Positions 24,854 to 32,000 of a stretch of 32,000 nt of DNA are shown one piece after another. The position numbers were made by a program, and so were the translations under genes. Origin of the DNA: Maribellus sp. CM-23 (GTDB lineage Bacteria; Bacteroidota; Bacteroidia; Bacteroidales; Prolixibacteraceae); the NCBI RefSeq assembly GCF_021354595.1, contig NZ_JADWYJ010000001.1, forward strand, positions 7,446-39,445, written 5' to 3'. Numbering within the stretch: position 1 is the first letter of the stretch; every line of letters starts with the position of its first letter. Below the pieces are notes generated by a model that saw only the letters and a program-made list of their open reading frames with translations, searched no databases and was not told where the DNA came from.

Positions 24854-26092
24854 ATGAAAATGAAAAAAACGCTGTTTAAATTGTTCGCATTGGCTTTGGT
24901 GTTAACCATGGGCAATGCATGTAACGACGCATTGGTAACCGATGACCTAGAAGAAAACCTGGAGCTGAAATCGGCCAACACTGCAAAGAAAGGCTACATT
25001 GTAGTTCTACAGGACGCTGACATCGATCTTGAACTTTCGAACCTAAAAGGCTACGAAAAGAAACAGCTTGCCATGAAGGCAGCTACCGGGAAAATCCTGA
25101 AACGTACCGGCATAAGCGATGCTGAAGTAGGCCATGTTTTCGGTTCTGCACTGAGAGGTTTTTCGGTTAAGATGGCCCCCGGACAGCTAAAAAAATTGCA
25201 GGACGATCCATCAGTAAAGTACATTGAAGAAGACCGCATCATTTCCCTCGGCTTACCCGATATTGAAGCGAAAAAAGGAAAACCCGGAGGCGGAGGTACT
25301 ACCAGTCCGGCCCAGCAAACACCCTGGGGAATAAGCCGTGTAAATGGCATAACAAATTACACAGGCACCAAAAAAGCCTGGGTTGTTGACTCTGGTGTTG
25401 ACCTGGATCATCCTGACCTGAACGTAAATACCAGCTTAAGCCGAAGTTTCATTATTGGCGGAAAAGCAACTACTCCTGACGATGAAAACGGGCATGGATC
25501 GCACGTAGCGGGAACAATCGCTGCCAAAAATAATTCGATTGGAGTAATTGGGGTGGCTCCCGGAGCCCAGGTAGTTTCCTGCCGGGTACTCGATCGCCGC
25601 GGCAGTGGTAGTTTCTCCTGGACCGTGGCAGCACTCGACTACATTGCGACGGATGGTGTTGGAACCGCTGGTGATGTGGTCAACATGAGCCTCGGACCAT
25701 CGTCGCGCTATACTGATTCGTCGGTTGATGCAGCTGTGCAGGCAGTGGCAGCCAAAGGAATCAAACTCTCGATTGCTGCGGGTAACGAAAGTGATGATTG
25801 TTTCTATTATTCTCCAGCCCACAATAACGGACCCAATATTTACACCGTTTCCGCCATGTGGGAAAGCGACCGCTTTGCAACCGAATTTTCAAACTTCGGA
25901 TCGCCGGTTGATTATGCTGCACCCGGTGTGTATATTCTTTCAACCTATAAAAACGGAGGTTATGAAACCTTACACGGAACATCCATGGCAGCCCCTCACG
26001 TTGCAGGAATATTGCTTTTGGGAAATGTTGCAACCGATGGCCATGTAACATCCGATCCGGATGGAAACCCAGATCCTATTGCCGTTCATTAA
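24854..26092 (+). CDS. S8 family serine peptidase with I9 propeptide, lipoprotein (tandem paralog of 23401..24600)
   Basis: Lipobox MGNAC. YIVVLQD...LRGFSVKMAPGQLKKLQDDPSVKYIEEDRI. Catalytic residues in VVDSGVDLDHPDL, NGHGSHVAG, AAGNES and HGTSMAAPHVAG. Alternative start at 24860 (MKKTLF, as in the paralog). Confidence 0.92.
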   Translation: MKMKKTLFKLFALALVLTMGNACNDALVTDDLEENLELKSANTAKKGYIVVLQDADIDLELSNLKGYEKKQLAMKAATGKILKRTGISDAEVGHVFGSALRGFSVKMAPGQLKKLQDDPSVKYIEEDRIISLGLPDIEAKKGKPGGGGTTSPAQQTPWGISRVNGITNYTGTKKAWVVDSGVDLDHPDLNVNTSLSRSFIIGGKATTPDDENGHGSHVAGTIAAKNNSIGVIGVAPGAQVVSCRVLDRRGSGSFSWTVAALDYIATDGVGTAGDVVNMSLGPSSRYTDSSVDAAVQAVAAKGIKLSIAAGNESDDCFYYSPAHNNGPNIYTVSAMWESDRFATEFSNFGSPVDYAAPGVYILSTYKNGGYETLHGTSMAAPHVAGILLLGNVATDGHVTSDPDGNPDPIAVH

Positions 26093-26112
26093 TATTGAAC
26101 AACACGATATTT

Positions 26113-26140
26113 AACCCGGATTCAAACTCCGGGTTTTTTT
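26113..26140 (+). terminator. Rho-independent terminator after the second S8 gene, shared with the convergent hydrolase gene
   Basis: AACCCGGA / TCCGGGTT 8-bp stem with a 7-nt loop, followed by a short T run. The stop codon of the minus-strand gene (26139..26141) abuts the T run. Confidence 0.8.
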
Positions 26141-27212
26141 ATTGCTTTTTAGTTAAAAGAATCTCAGCCACTTTGTGCAGTTCCTTCCCCACTTTTGCAC
26201 GGGTGTCGTTGGTAATCACAGCAACAACCATCTTTTCTTCCGGATAAATAATCAGGTTACTGCAACCACCTACCGAGCCGCCTCCGTGTCCATAATAAGG
26301 CCTTCCGTATTCATCAACACCCGAAAAGAACCCCATACCGTATTCGGTCTTTTCGCCGTTTTTCAAACTCTGCGGCGTAACCAGTTGTTGCTTTACTTCT
26401 TCTGAAAAAAGAGTATTCTGAAGCATTGCATTTCCAAACTTCACCAGATCTTCCGAAGTGGAAATAAAACCGCCGCCTGCCCACTTGTAGCTGTTATCGA
26501 CATACGGCGCATTGATCACCTTTCCTTCAGCCATATCGTAATAACCGGCGCGGTAAAGTATCAGTGAATCCATGTGTTCGGCCAAAGTCTCGGTCATTCC
26601 TAGCGGATCAAAAACCCGGGTTTGCATAAAATGAAGGAAGTCCTCCCCTGCTGCACCTTCAATAACGGCACTCAAAAGATTAAAGCCGTAACTCGTGTAA
26701 CGGTAAGCGGTCCCCGGCTCAAACAGCAAGGTATCGTTCATAAAAATTTCCAGCCCTTCATTAACTGTTGGATAATATTTCGCCGACAGAAACTCATCGC
26801 CGTTGTAATGCCGTATTCCGGCCTGATGGCCCGCTACCTGCCGGGTGGTCATCGCATATTTCTTTTCGGGGAAATAGGGTGCGTATTTTTGTACCGGGGC
26901 ATCCAGGTCAATCTTTCCCTCTTCTATCAAAACACCCAAGGCAGCTGCAGTAAGGGCTTTGGAAATACTTCCGATCCTGAATTTGGTTTTATCGGGATAA
27001 ACAGGCACCTGCTGTTCGTAATTCCCGAGTCCAAAACCTCTTGAGAATACGGTGGCACCGTCAACAGAAACCGTTGCAGTCCACCCCACCGACTCACTTT
27101 CGGTACGCAGTTGTTCAATGTACTGTTCAAGCTCTTTTAGTTGGGGATCTTCTGTTTGACAGGCGCACAAAAACAGGATGCCCAATAACAGAATTGTGAT
27201 CATTGATTTCAT
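26139..27212 (-). CDS. Serine hydrolase, beta-lactamase/PBP4* fold (class C-like), lipoprotein
   Basis: Lipobox FLCAC. The S-x-x-K motif lies in FRIGSISKALTAAALG. YTSYGFNLL (Y-x-N-like) and HGGGSVGG (K/H-T/G-G-like) are also present. Confidence 0.8.
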   Translation of the reverse strand: MKSMITILLLGILFLCACQTEDPQLKELEQYIEQLRTESESVGWTATVSVDGATVFSRGFGLGNYEQQVPVYPDKTKFRIGSISKALTAAALGVLIEEGKIDLDAPVQKYAPYFPEKKYAMTTRQVAGHQAGIRHYNGDEFLSAKYYPTVNEGLEIFMNDTLLFEPGTAYRYTSYGFNLLSAVIEGAAGEDFLHFMQTRVFDPLGMTETLAEHMDSLILYRAGYYDMAEGKVINAPYVDNSYKWAGGGFISTSEDLVKFGNAMLQNTLFSEEVKQQLVTPQSLKNGEKTEYGMGFFSGVDEYGRPYYGHGGGSVGGCSNLIIYPEEKMVVAVITNDTRAKVGKELHKVAEILLTKKQ

Positions 27213-27272
27213 AAGTACTTGGTTTTTATTACTAAAAAAGGAATTATCTCAAAAATACGAAAATCCGATGTA

Positions 27273-28112
27273 TTATTTGTTTTTCAAGCTCTTAGCCGTT
27301 TTCCTGATCCCACAAAAAAGAAAGCCGGCACCAATAAGCACATAAGGAATACTAAGGATCTGCCCCATGTCGAGTTTCATGCTTTCCTCAAAAGCTACCT
27401 GTCGTTCTTTGAGGAATTCGATGAAAAACCGGGCGGTAAAAATGAGCAGAAGGGCAAGCCCGAAAAAAGCCCCATTCCTGAGGTACCTGCGTTTAGTAAG
27501 GTATAGTGAAAAAGTAACTCCAAAAATCAGGAAGTAGGCCAAAGCCTCGTAAAGCTGCGCCGGATGCCGCGGAACATTATCCACCCGTTCAAAAACAAAA
27601 GCCCATGGTTGGGCAGTGGGCATTCCCAAAATTTCAGAGTTCATCAGGTTTGCCAAGCGAATAAAAGCACCGCCCAATGCAGCCACCACTGCAATTAAAT
27701 CAATGGCATCAAGTAAACCATGTTTGGTTTTTCGTGAATAGATAATCAGCGCCACAATTAAACCCAGGGCGCCACCGTGGCTCGCCAGTCCTTGGTAGCC
27801 GGTAAATTTGACACCGCCACCCTCCGGAAACTTCAGAGGAAGAATCATTTCCAACGGGTGCGACAGGTAATAGGCAGGTTCGTAAAACAAACAATGCCCC
27901 AGCCGGGCACCCGCCAAAATACCTATAATCCCATACAACGAAAGCTTTTCCAGGTTTTCTGCCGGAATATTCTCGCGCTTAAAAATCCATCCCAGGATAT
28001 ACAGGCATAAAATCAATCCGCCTACAAACAAAAGCCCGTAGTATCGGATCGAAATTCCAAAAACATTTACAATCTCAGGGTCGGGGTTCCAATGAATATA
28101 ATTTAGGATCAT
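27273..28112 (-). CDS. lgt: Prolipoprotein diacylglyceryl transferase
   Basis: ISIRYYGLLFVGGLIL, GARLGHCLFYEP, LASHGGALG, RLANLMNSEILG and RHPAQLYEAL are Lgt signatures. Confidence 0.92.
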   Translation of the reverse strand: MILNYIHWNPDPEIVNVFGISIRYYGLLFVGGLILCLYILGWIFKRENIPAENLEKLSLYGIIGILAGARLGHCLFYEPAYYLSHPLEMILPLKFPEGGGVKFTGYQGLASHGGALGLIVALIIYSRKTKHGLLDAIDLIAVVAALGGAFIRLANLMNSEILGMPTAQPWAFVFERVDNVPRHPAQLYEALAYFLIFGVTFSLYLTKRRYLRNGAFFGLALLLIFTARFFIEFLKERQVAFEESMKLDMGQILSIPYVLIGAGFLFCGIRKTAKSLKNK

Positions 28113-28221
28113 TCCGGGCTCGTTTAGTTATCAAGTTTCAGGTTCAATGCCGCTAAATTTAAAGAACTTTAGTTCGTTCGCAAATTATATTTCATACAAA
28201 TATTTTAAGATTAATCCCTCC

Positions 28222-28252
28222 TTTGTTCTTTTTCTTAAAATACCTACTTTTG
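28222..28252 (+). promoter_or_regulatory. Candidate trhO promoter (-33 TTTG at 28222..28225, -7 TACTTTTG at 28245..28252)
   Basis: Exact -7 consensus with a TTTG 19 nt upstream, lying 29 nt before the ATG at 28281. Confidence 0.55.
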
Positions 28253-28280
28253 CCCCGCAGTTTTTAAAACGATTTTAACG

Positions 28281-29318
28281 ATGCATTTGTACAACCGTAT
28301 TAATAAAGATGAGCTAAAACAACGCCTGGCGGAAGAAACTTTCCAGCGAAAAACCATTTCGCTTTACCGTTATTTCATTTTAGATGATCCGCAAGCTTTT
28401 CGCGACGAGTTATTCCGCGACTGGTTTACATTGGATTGTTTTGGTCGTATTTACATCGCCCGCGAAGGAATAAATGCACAGATGAGCGTTCCGGAACACA
28501 ACTGGGAAACTTTTCTGGAAACCTTGCAGAAGCACGAGATATTCCGTGAAATTCCGATAAAATATGCGATTGAAGACGACGGGAAATCGTTTTACAAACT
28601 CACCATTAAAGTGCGCCCCAAACTGGTGGCCGATGGCCTGGATGACGATGCTTACGATGTCACCAACGTAGGGACTCATTTAAGCGGCGTTGATTTTCAT
28701 AACCACATCGGGCAAGAGAATACCGTAGTAGTGGATATGCGTAATTATTACGAAAGTGAGATCGGGCATTTTGAAGGAGCCATTTGCCCCGAAGCCGATA
28801 CATTTCGTGAAGAGTTGGAGATTGTTACCGATTTACTGGAAGACCAGAAAGACAAAAAAATCCTGCTTTACTGTACTGGCGGAATTCGCTGCGAAAAAGC
28901 CAGTGCTTATTTAAAACACCAGGGTTTCAACGATGTAAATCAATTGCACGGCGGAATTCTGGAGTATGCCCGCCAGGTAAAAGCAGCCGGGCTGGAATCC
29001 AAGTTCCTGGGGAAAAACTTTGTGTTCGACGAACGTTTGGGCGAAAGTGTAAACGGCCAGGTCATCTCGCGCTGTCATCAGTGTGGAGCTACCTGCGACA
29101 CACATACCAACTGTGCAAACGATGGTTGCCATATCCTGTTCATTCAATGTCCGGAATGTGCCGATAAATACCACGGTTGCTGCACACCCGAGTGTGCTCA
29201 TGAAAAAGAAAACGGGACCGGACGTTCGGCGAAAGACCGTATTGTTTTTGGCAACAGCCGGAAATACAGAAAAAGTCTGTCGCTTATTCGAACGGAACAG
29301 TTAAAAGTGGCTGAATAA
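28281..29318 (+). CDS. trhO: Rhodanese-domain tRNA uridine(34) hydroxylase (UPF0176/YceA family)
   Basis: [17 protein letters not shown], rhodanese active-site loop [18 protein letters not shown], and the Cys-rich C-terminus [29 protein letters not shown]. Confidence 0.85.
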   Translation: MHLYNRINKDELKQRLAEETFQRKTISLYRYFILDDPQAFRDELFRDWFTLDCFGRIYIAREGINAQMSVPEHNWETFLETLQKHEIFREIPIKYAIEDDGKSFYKLTIKVRPKLVADGLDDDAYDVTNVGTHLSGVDFHNHIGQENTVVVDMRNYYESEIGHFEGAICPEADTFREELEIVTDLLEDQKDKKILLYCTGGIRCEKASAYLKHQGFNDVNQLHGGILEYARQVKAAGLESKFLGKNFVFDERLGESVNGQVISRCHQCGATCDTHTNCANDGCHILFIQCPECADKYHGCCTPECAHEKENGTGRSAKDRIVFGNSRKYRKSLSLIRTEQLKVAE

Positions 29319-29364
29319 AATCTTATTCTACAATAATTGAAGGCTGCTGCTCCGCCATATTTCC

Positions 29365-29372
29365 TATTTTTG
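29365..29372 (+). promoter_or_regulatory. -7 promoter box TATTTTTG upstream of the dus-family gene
   Basis: Exact TAnnTTTG ending 7 nt before the ATG at 29380. No clear -33 element. Confidence 0.4.
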
Positions 29373-29379
29373 CACCGCA

Positions 29380-30354
29380 ATGAGTAATTTCTGGAACGAA
29401 TTAAAAGGCCCCGTCTTTTCACTGGCACCCATGGAGGATGTCACCGATACTGTTTTTCGCGAAATCGTAATGGGAATGGCTGCTCCCGGAAAACTTCACG
29501 TGGTTTTCACTGAGTTTACTTCCGTAGAAGGGATGAACCACCCTGTAGGTCGCGAGCGGGTTTCTGAACGCCTGATTGTGAATACGTCAGAACGTGAACT
29601 GCTAAAAAAGCTCAACATCAAGCTGGTGGCTCAAATCTGGGGGCGCGATCCGGAAATCTACCACAACATTGCCCGGTACATCACCGAAAATTACGACTTC
29701 GATGGCATCGACATTAACATGGGATGCCCGGTAAAAAAGGTGTTCAAAATTGGGGCGTGTAGCGCATTGATTGGCGACCCGCAGCGTGCCAGGGAAATTA
29801 TACTCGCGACCAAAGAAGGTACATCGTTGCCTGTTAGCGTAAAAACACGGACCGGAATAAAAGAACACATCACTGAAAACTGGATCGGTAATTTACTGGA
29901 AGTTGATCCGGCCGCCATTATCCTGCACGGAAGAACTCAGCGCATGCAATCGGAAGGCGAAGCCAGCTGGGATGAAATTGCCAAAGCTGTTCAGCTTAAA
30001 AACAGCCTGAAACCGCATATTCCTTTTCATGGAAACGGCGATGTTTTTTCCTATGAACAGGGCTTAGATCGCATCCGCGAAACCGGTGTGGACGGCGTAA
30101 TGGTCGGGCGCGGCATTTTTCAGAATCCGTGGTTCTTCAATCCTGAAAAAACAGATATTTCGAAAGAAGAGCGGATTGAAAAACTGCTGGAACACACGCG
30201 TTTGTTTGAATCTACCTGGAGCCCCGACAAAAACTTCAACATACTGAAACGCTTCTACAAAATTTACCTGAATAGTTTCGCGGGAGCCGCCAAAATGCGC
30301 GCCGATCTGATGGAAGTAAAAGGCTACGACGAGGTATATTCTTATTTTAAATAA
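29380..30354 (+). CDS. tRNA-dihydrouridine synthase family protein
   Basis: LAPMEDVTDTVFREI, DGIDINMGCPVKKV (catalytic Cys), SVKTRTG and ILHGRT are Dus (TIM-barrel FMN) signatures. Confidence 0.88.
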   Translation: MSNFWNELKGPVFSLAPMEDVTDTVFREIVMGMAAPGKLHVVFTEFTSVEGMNHPVGRERVSERLIVNTSERELLKKLNIKLVAQIWGRDPEIYHNIARYITENYDFDGIDINMGCPVKKVFKIGACSALIGDPQRAREIILATKEGTSLPVSVKTRTGIKEHITENWIGNLLEVDPAAIILHGRTQRMQSEGEASWDEIAKAVQLKNSLKPHIPFHGNGDVFSYEQGLDRIRETGVDGVMVGRGIFQNPWFFNPEKTDISKEERIEKLLEHTRLFESTWSPDKNFNILKRFYKIYLNSFAGAAKMRADLMEVKGYDEVYSYFK

Positions 30355-30363
30355 GCCCCGAAA

Positions 30364-30395
30364 AAAACCGCCTTCCAACAAGAGAAAGCGGTTTT
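30364..30395. terminator. Possible bidirectional terminator hairpin between convergent genes
   Basis: AAAACCGC (30364..30371) / GCGGTTTT (30388..30395) 8-bp stem with A and T runs built into the arms. The 16-nt loop is long, which lowers confidence. Confidence 0.4.
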
Positions 30396-30432
30396 AATGA
30401 GGATCAGCCCCAACAATTATCAGAGTGCGGTT

Positions 30433-31047
30433 CTACTTCTGTTTCGATTCCACTTTACTCAAAACCCTTTCGAATGAACTCAAATGATTTCCGGAACCGT
30501 TTAACAAATGACTGTAAACCTGCAGAATATTTTTCACTTCGGTTTCAGTCATTAAACTGTTGATGTCGTTTATATCCGTCTCCTCAATCAGCACTCCAAC
30601 TTCCAGGGCCGATAGAAGCCCTTCTTTTCCGTCGCTGACAAGTGAGTTGTACAAATCCTGCAAGGCCGTATTTTGAAATACGCCAATGGCCTTTCCCGCT
30701 GCCGGATCATCCAGGTCGTAAAAGTCCAGCAACCTTAAAATGGCATCGGTATGTTTTTGCTCACTTTCGCAAATATTCAGGAAAATGTTGTGTGCATACC
30801 ACTGATAAAACTGATAATAGACATCGTGCGCCAGTTTTTCTTCTTCCCGCATAAAAAGAAGTCCATCTATCTCGTCGGTAGATAACTCAGCCGGCTTCTT
30901 GTTTTCATTCTTTTTGAGTTCAGCATTTTCGCTTGAACGGGCTGATTTCAGAAACTCATCCTCTGGCAGAGGAAAGTCGTTACATCCTGCGCCAATAAGC
31001 AGCAACAGGCACAACACAAAACCAACATATGTAGAAACTGTTTTCAT
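30433..31047 (-). CDS. DUF2202-type ferritin-like domain lipoprotein
   Basis: Lipobox IGAGC. LLFMREEEKLAHDVYYQFY...CESEQKHTDAILRLL...ALEVGVLIEETDI...HLLNGSGNHL resembles the four-helix ferritin-like DUF2202 pattern. Confidence 0.6.
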   Translation of the reverse strand: MKTVSTYVGFVLCLLLLIGAGCNDFPLPEDEFLKSARSSENAELKKNENKKPAELSTDEIDGLLFMREEEKLAHDVYYQFYQWYAHNIFLNICESEQKHTDAILRLLDFYDLDDPAAGKAIGVFQNTALQDLYNSLVSDGKEGLLSALEVGVLIEETDINDINSLMTETEVKNILQVYSHLLNGSGNHLSSFERVLSKVESKQK

Positions 31048-31088
31048 AGCTTCAAAAATTAAATTTATTATCCAATTGCTGCTTACCG

Positions 31089-32000
31089 CTATTTTTTATT
31101 TCCACCTTTCGCATCATCAATGTGCACATCGATGTAGGTCAGGTTATTGGCAAAATCAATTTTAGCCACTCCTCCACCGTGCTCTGTTTCTTCGGCTGCC
31201 ACTATCACTTCTTCCTCCTCAAGTGGCACTAAAATCTCTGTAGTTCCTTCTTCAAAAAAGGTATTCAGATCAACACAATTGGTACCTGTTGAATCGAAAC
31301 TAAAGGTAAGGCGGTAATCTCCGGCACCGTCGTTGAGTTTTCGCACATTCCAGGTGTAGCCGTAAATCACTTTCCCTTTTACGTTTATTTCGGCAGAATA
31401 ATAACCCGGCCCGTCACCCCCGTCAGCAACCGACAGATTGAAAACCGGCTCCTCAATCAGATCTTCAGAAATAGTATCGTTTTCGGTCCATCCTTCACCG
31501 GGCTGCCATACCAGCATTCCTTCTTCAATCTCGGTTCTTGGAATGTCAAGTTTTTGAATGGTGAGCCGGGCACAGGCTGAATAAACAGTGGCTTCTGTAC
31601 TTTCAATGGTTAAAGCATTTTCAGAATTTTCCTGGTGCGCCACAGCCAGTCCGTGAACCTCATCAATCCCCCATCCCGAAACATGACGCATTTCGTATTG
31701 AAGCATCGTCGGCGAAAGATTGTTCTTGTACAAAACAACTTCGGTCCTCACCTTCGAATTCAAATACCAGGGAACGGATTCCAGGTTATCTCCCCAATCA
31801 ATCGCATTAACTACAACCGGGGCCAAACTGCCATCTGTGGCTTCCGCCTGCCAAACGTTGTACTCATCCTTTTGCAAAAACACCTTTAACCAGCCTTCTC
31901 CGGGAATTTTGGTTACATCAACACTGTCGGAAATACTGTTGTCGATAAAATCAGTATCATCCGGATCGGGCTGGCCACTCATTGGGGTACCATCGTCGTT
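31089..32000 (-). CDS. Hypothetical acidic protein, N-terminus probably outside the window
   Basis: The frame stays open upstream of the track's Met at 31982 (…NDDGTP-MSGQPDPDD…) to the window edge. No family recognised. Lies 41 nt upstream of, and co-oriented with, the DUF2202 gene. Confidence 0.6.
   Translation of the reverse strand, partial: NDDGTPMSGQPDPDDTDFIDNSISDSVDVTKIPGEGWLKVFLQKDEYNVWQAEATDGSLAPVVVNAIDWGDNLESVPWYLNSKVRTEVVLYKNNLSPTMLQYEMRHVSGWGIDEVHGLAVAHQENSENALTIESTEATVYSACARLTIQKLDIPRTEIEEGMLVWQPGEGWTENDTISEDLIEEPVFNLSVADGGDGPGYYSAEINVKGKVIYGYTWNVRKLNDGAGDYRLTFSFDSTGTNCVDLNTFFEEGTTEILVPLEEEEVIVAAEETEHGGGVAKIDFANNLTYIDVHIDDAKGGNKK

Noticed and set aside
30433-31047. Ferritin-like DUF2202 protein as possible encapsulin cargo
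   Set aside because: It carries a lipoprotein signal peptide, so it is exported. No encapsulin shell gene or C-terminal targeting peptide is evident.
1-32000. CRISPR arrays, IS elements, integrases, tRNA or rRNA genes and toxin-antitoxin pairs
   Set aside because: I looked through all intergenic gaps and short ORFs. I found no spaced direct-repeat array, terminal inverted repeats flanking a transposase-like ORF, tRNA cloverleaf or small paired ORFs. None can be supported from this sequence.

Overview
This window looks like a gene-dense, mostly housekeeping chromosomal segment of a Bacteroidota genome. The clues are several TAnnTTTG -7 promoter boxes, many lipoprotein-type signal peptides, a short-form AMP nucleosidase and the small HsdR_N-family protein. 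I can support 30 protein-coding genes. In order they are: a sulfatase (cut by the left edge and absent from the supplied ORF track), maeB, an outer-membrane beta-barrel protein and recR. Next come a GT2 glycosyltransferase fused to a WbaP-like module, overlapped by a GNAT gene, then the HsdR_N-family protein. A tightly packed amn-holA-rhomboid-class IV aminotransferase-like block follows, then a GH33 sialidase with a small lipoprotein. After that come a TetR-fabF pair, an SRPBCC protein, a GT39 transferase, mazG, phoH, purC, a TPR/MORN protein and a TlpA-like thioredoxin. The window ends with two tandem S8/I9 subtilisin-like lipoproteins, a beta-lactamase-fold serine hydrolase, lgt, trhO, a Dus-family gene, a DUF2202 ferritin-like lipoprotein and an unrecognised protein cut by the right edge. 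I saw no rRNA, tRNA, CRISPR array, transposase, integrase or recognisable defence or toxin-antitoxin module, and I cannot point to a clear novel multi-gene system. The observations most worth follow-up are these: (i) a near-identical 20-bp operator-like sequence upstream of both tetR and a stand-alone fabF; (ii) the GT2 fusion to a phosphoglycosyltransferase module that seems to lack its catalytic core; (iii) the duplicated S8 protease genes with long, ORF-free, C-rich/G-poor leaders that lack canonical promoters; (iv) a 31-codon uORF overlapping the sialidase start by ATGA; (v) a class IV aminotransferase-like protein that appears to lack the PLP lysine; (vi) the unknown protein plus DUF2202 pair at the right edge. 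All protein calls rest on motif and family recognition by eye, and no searches were run.
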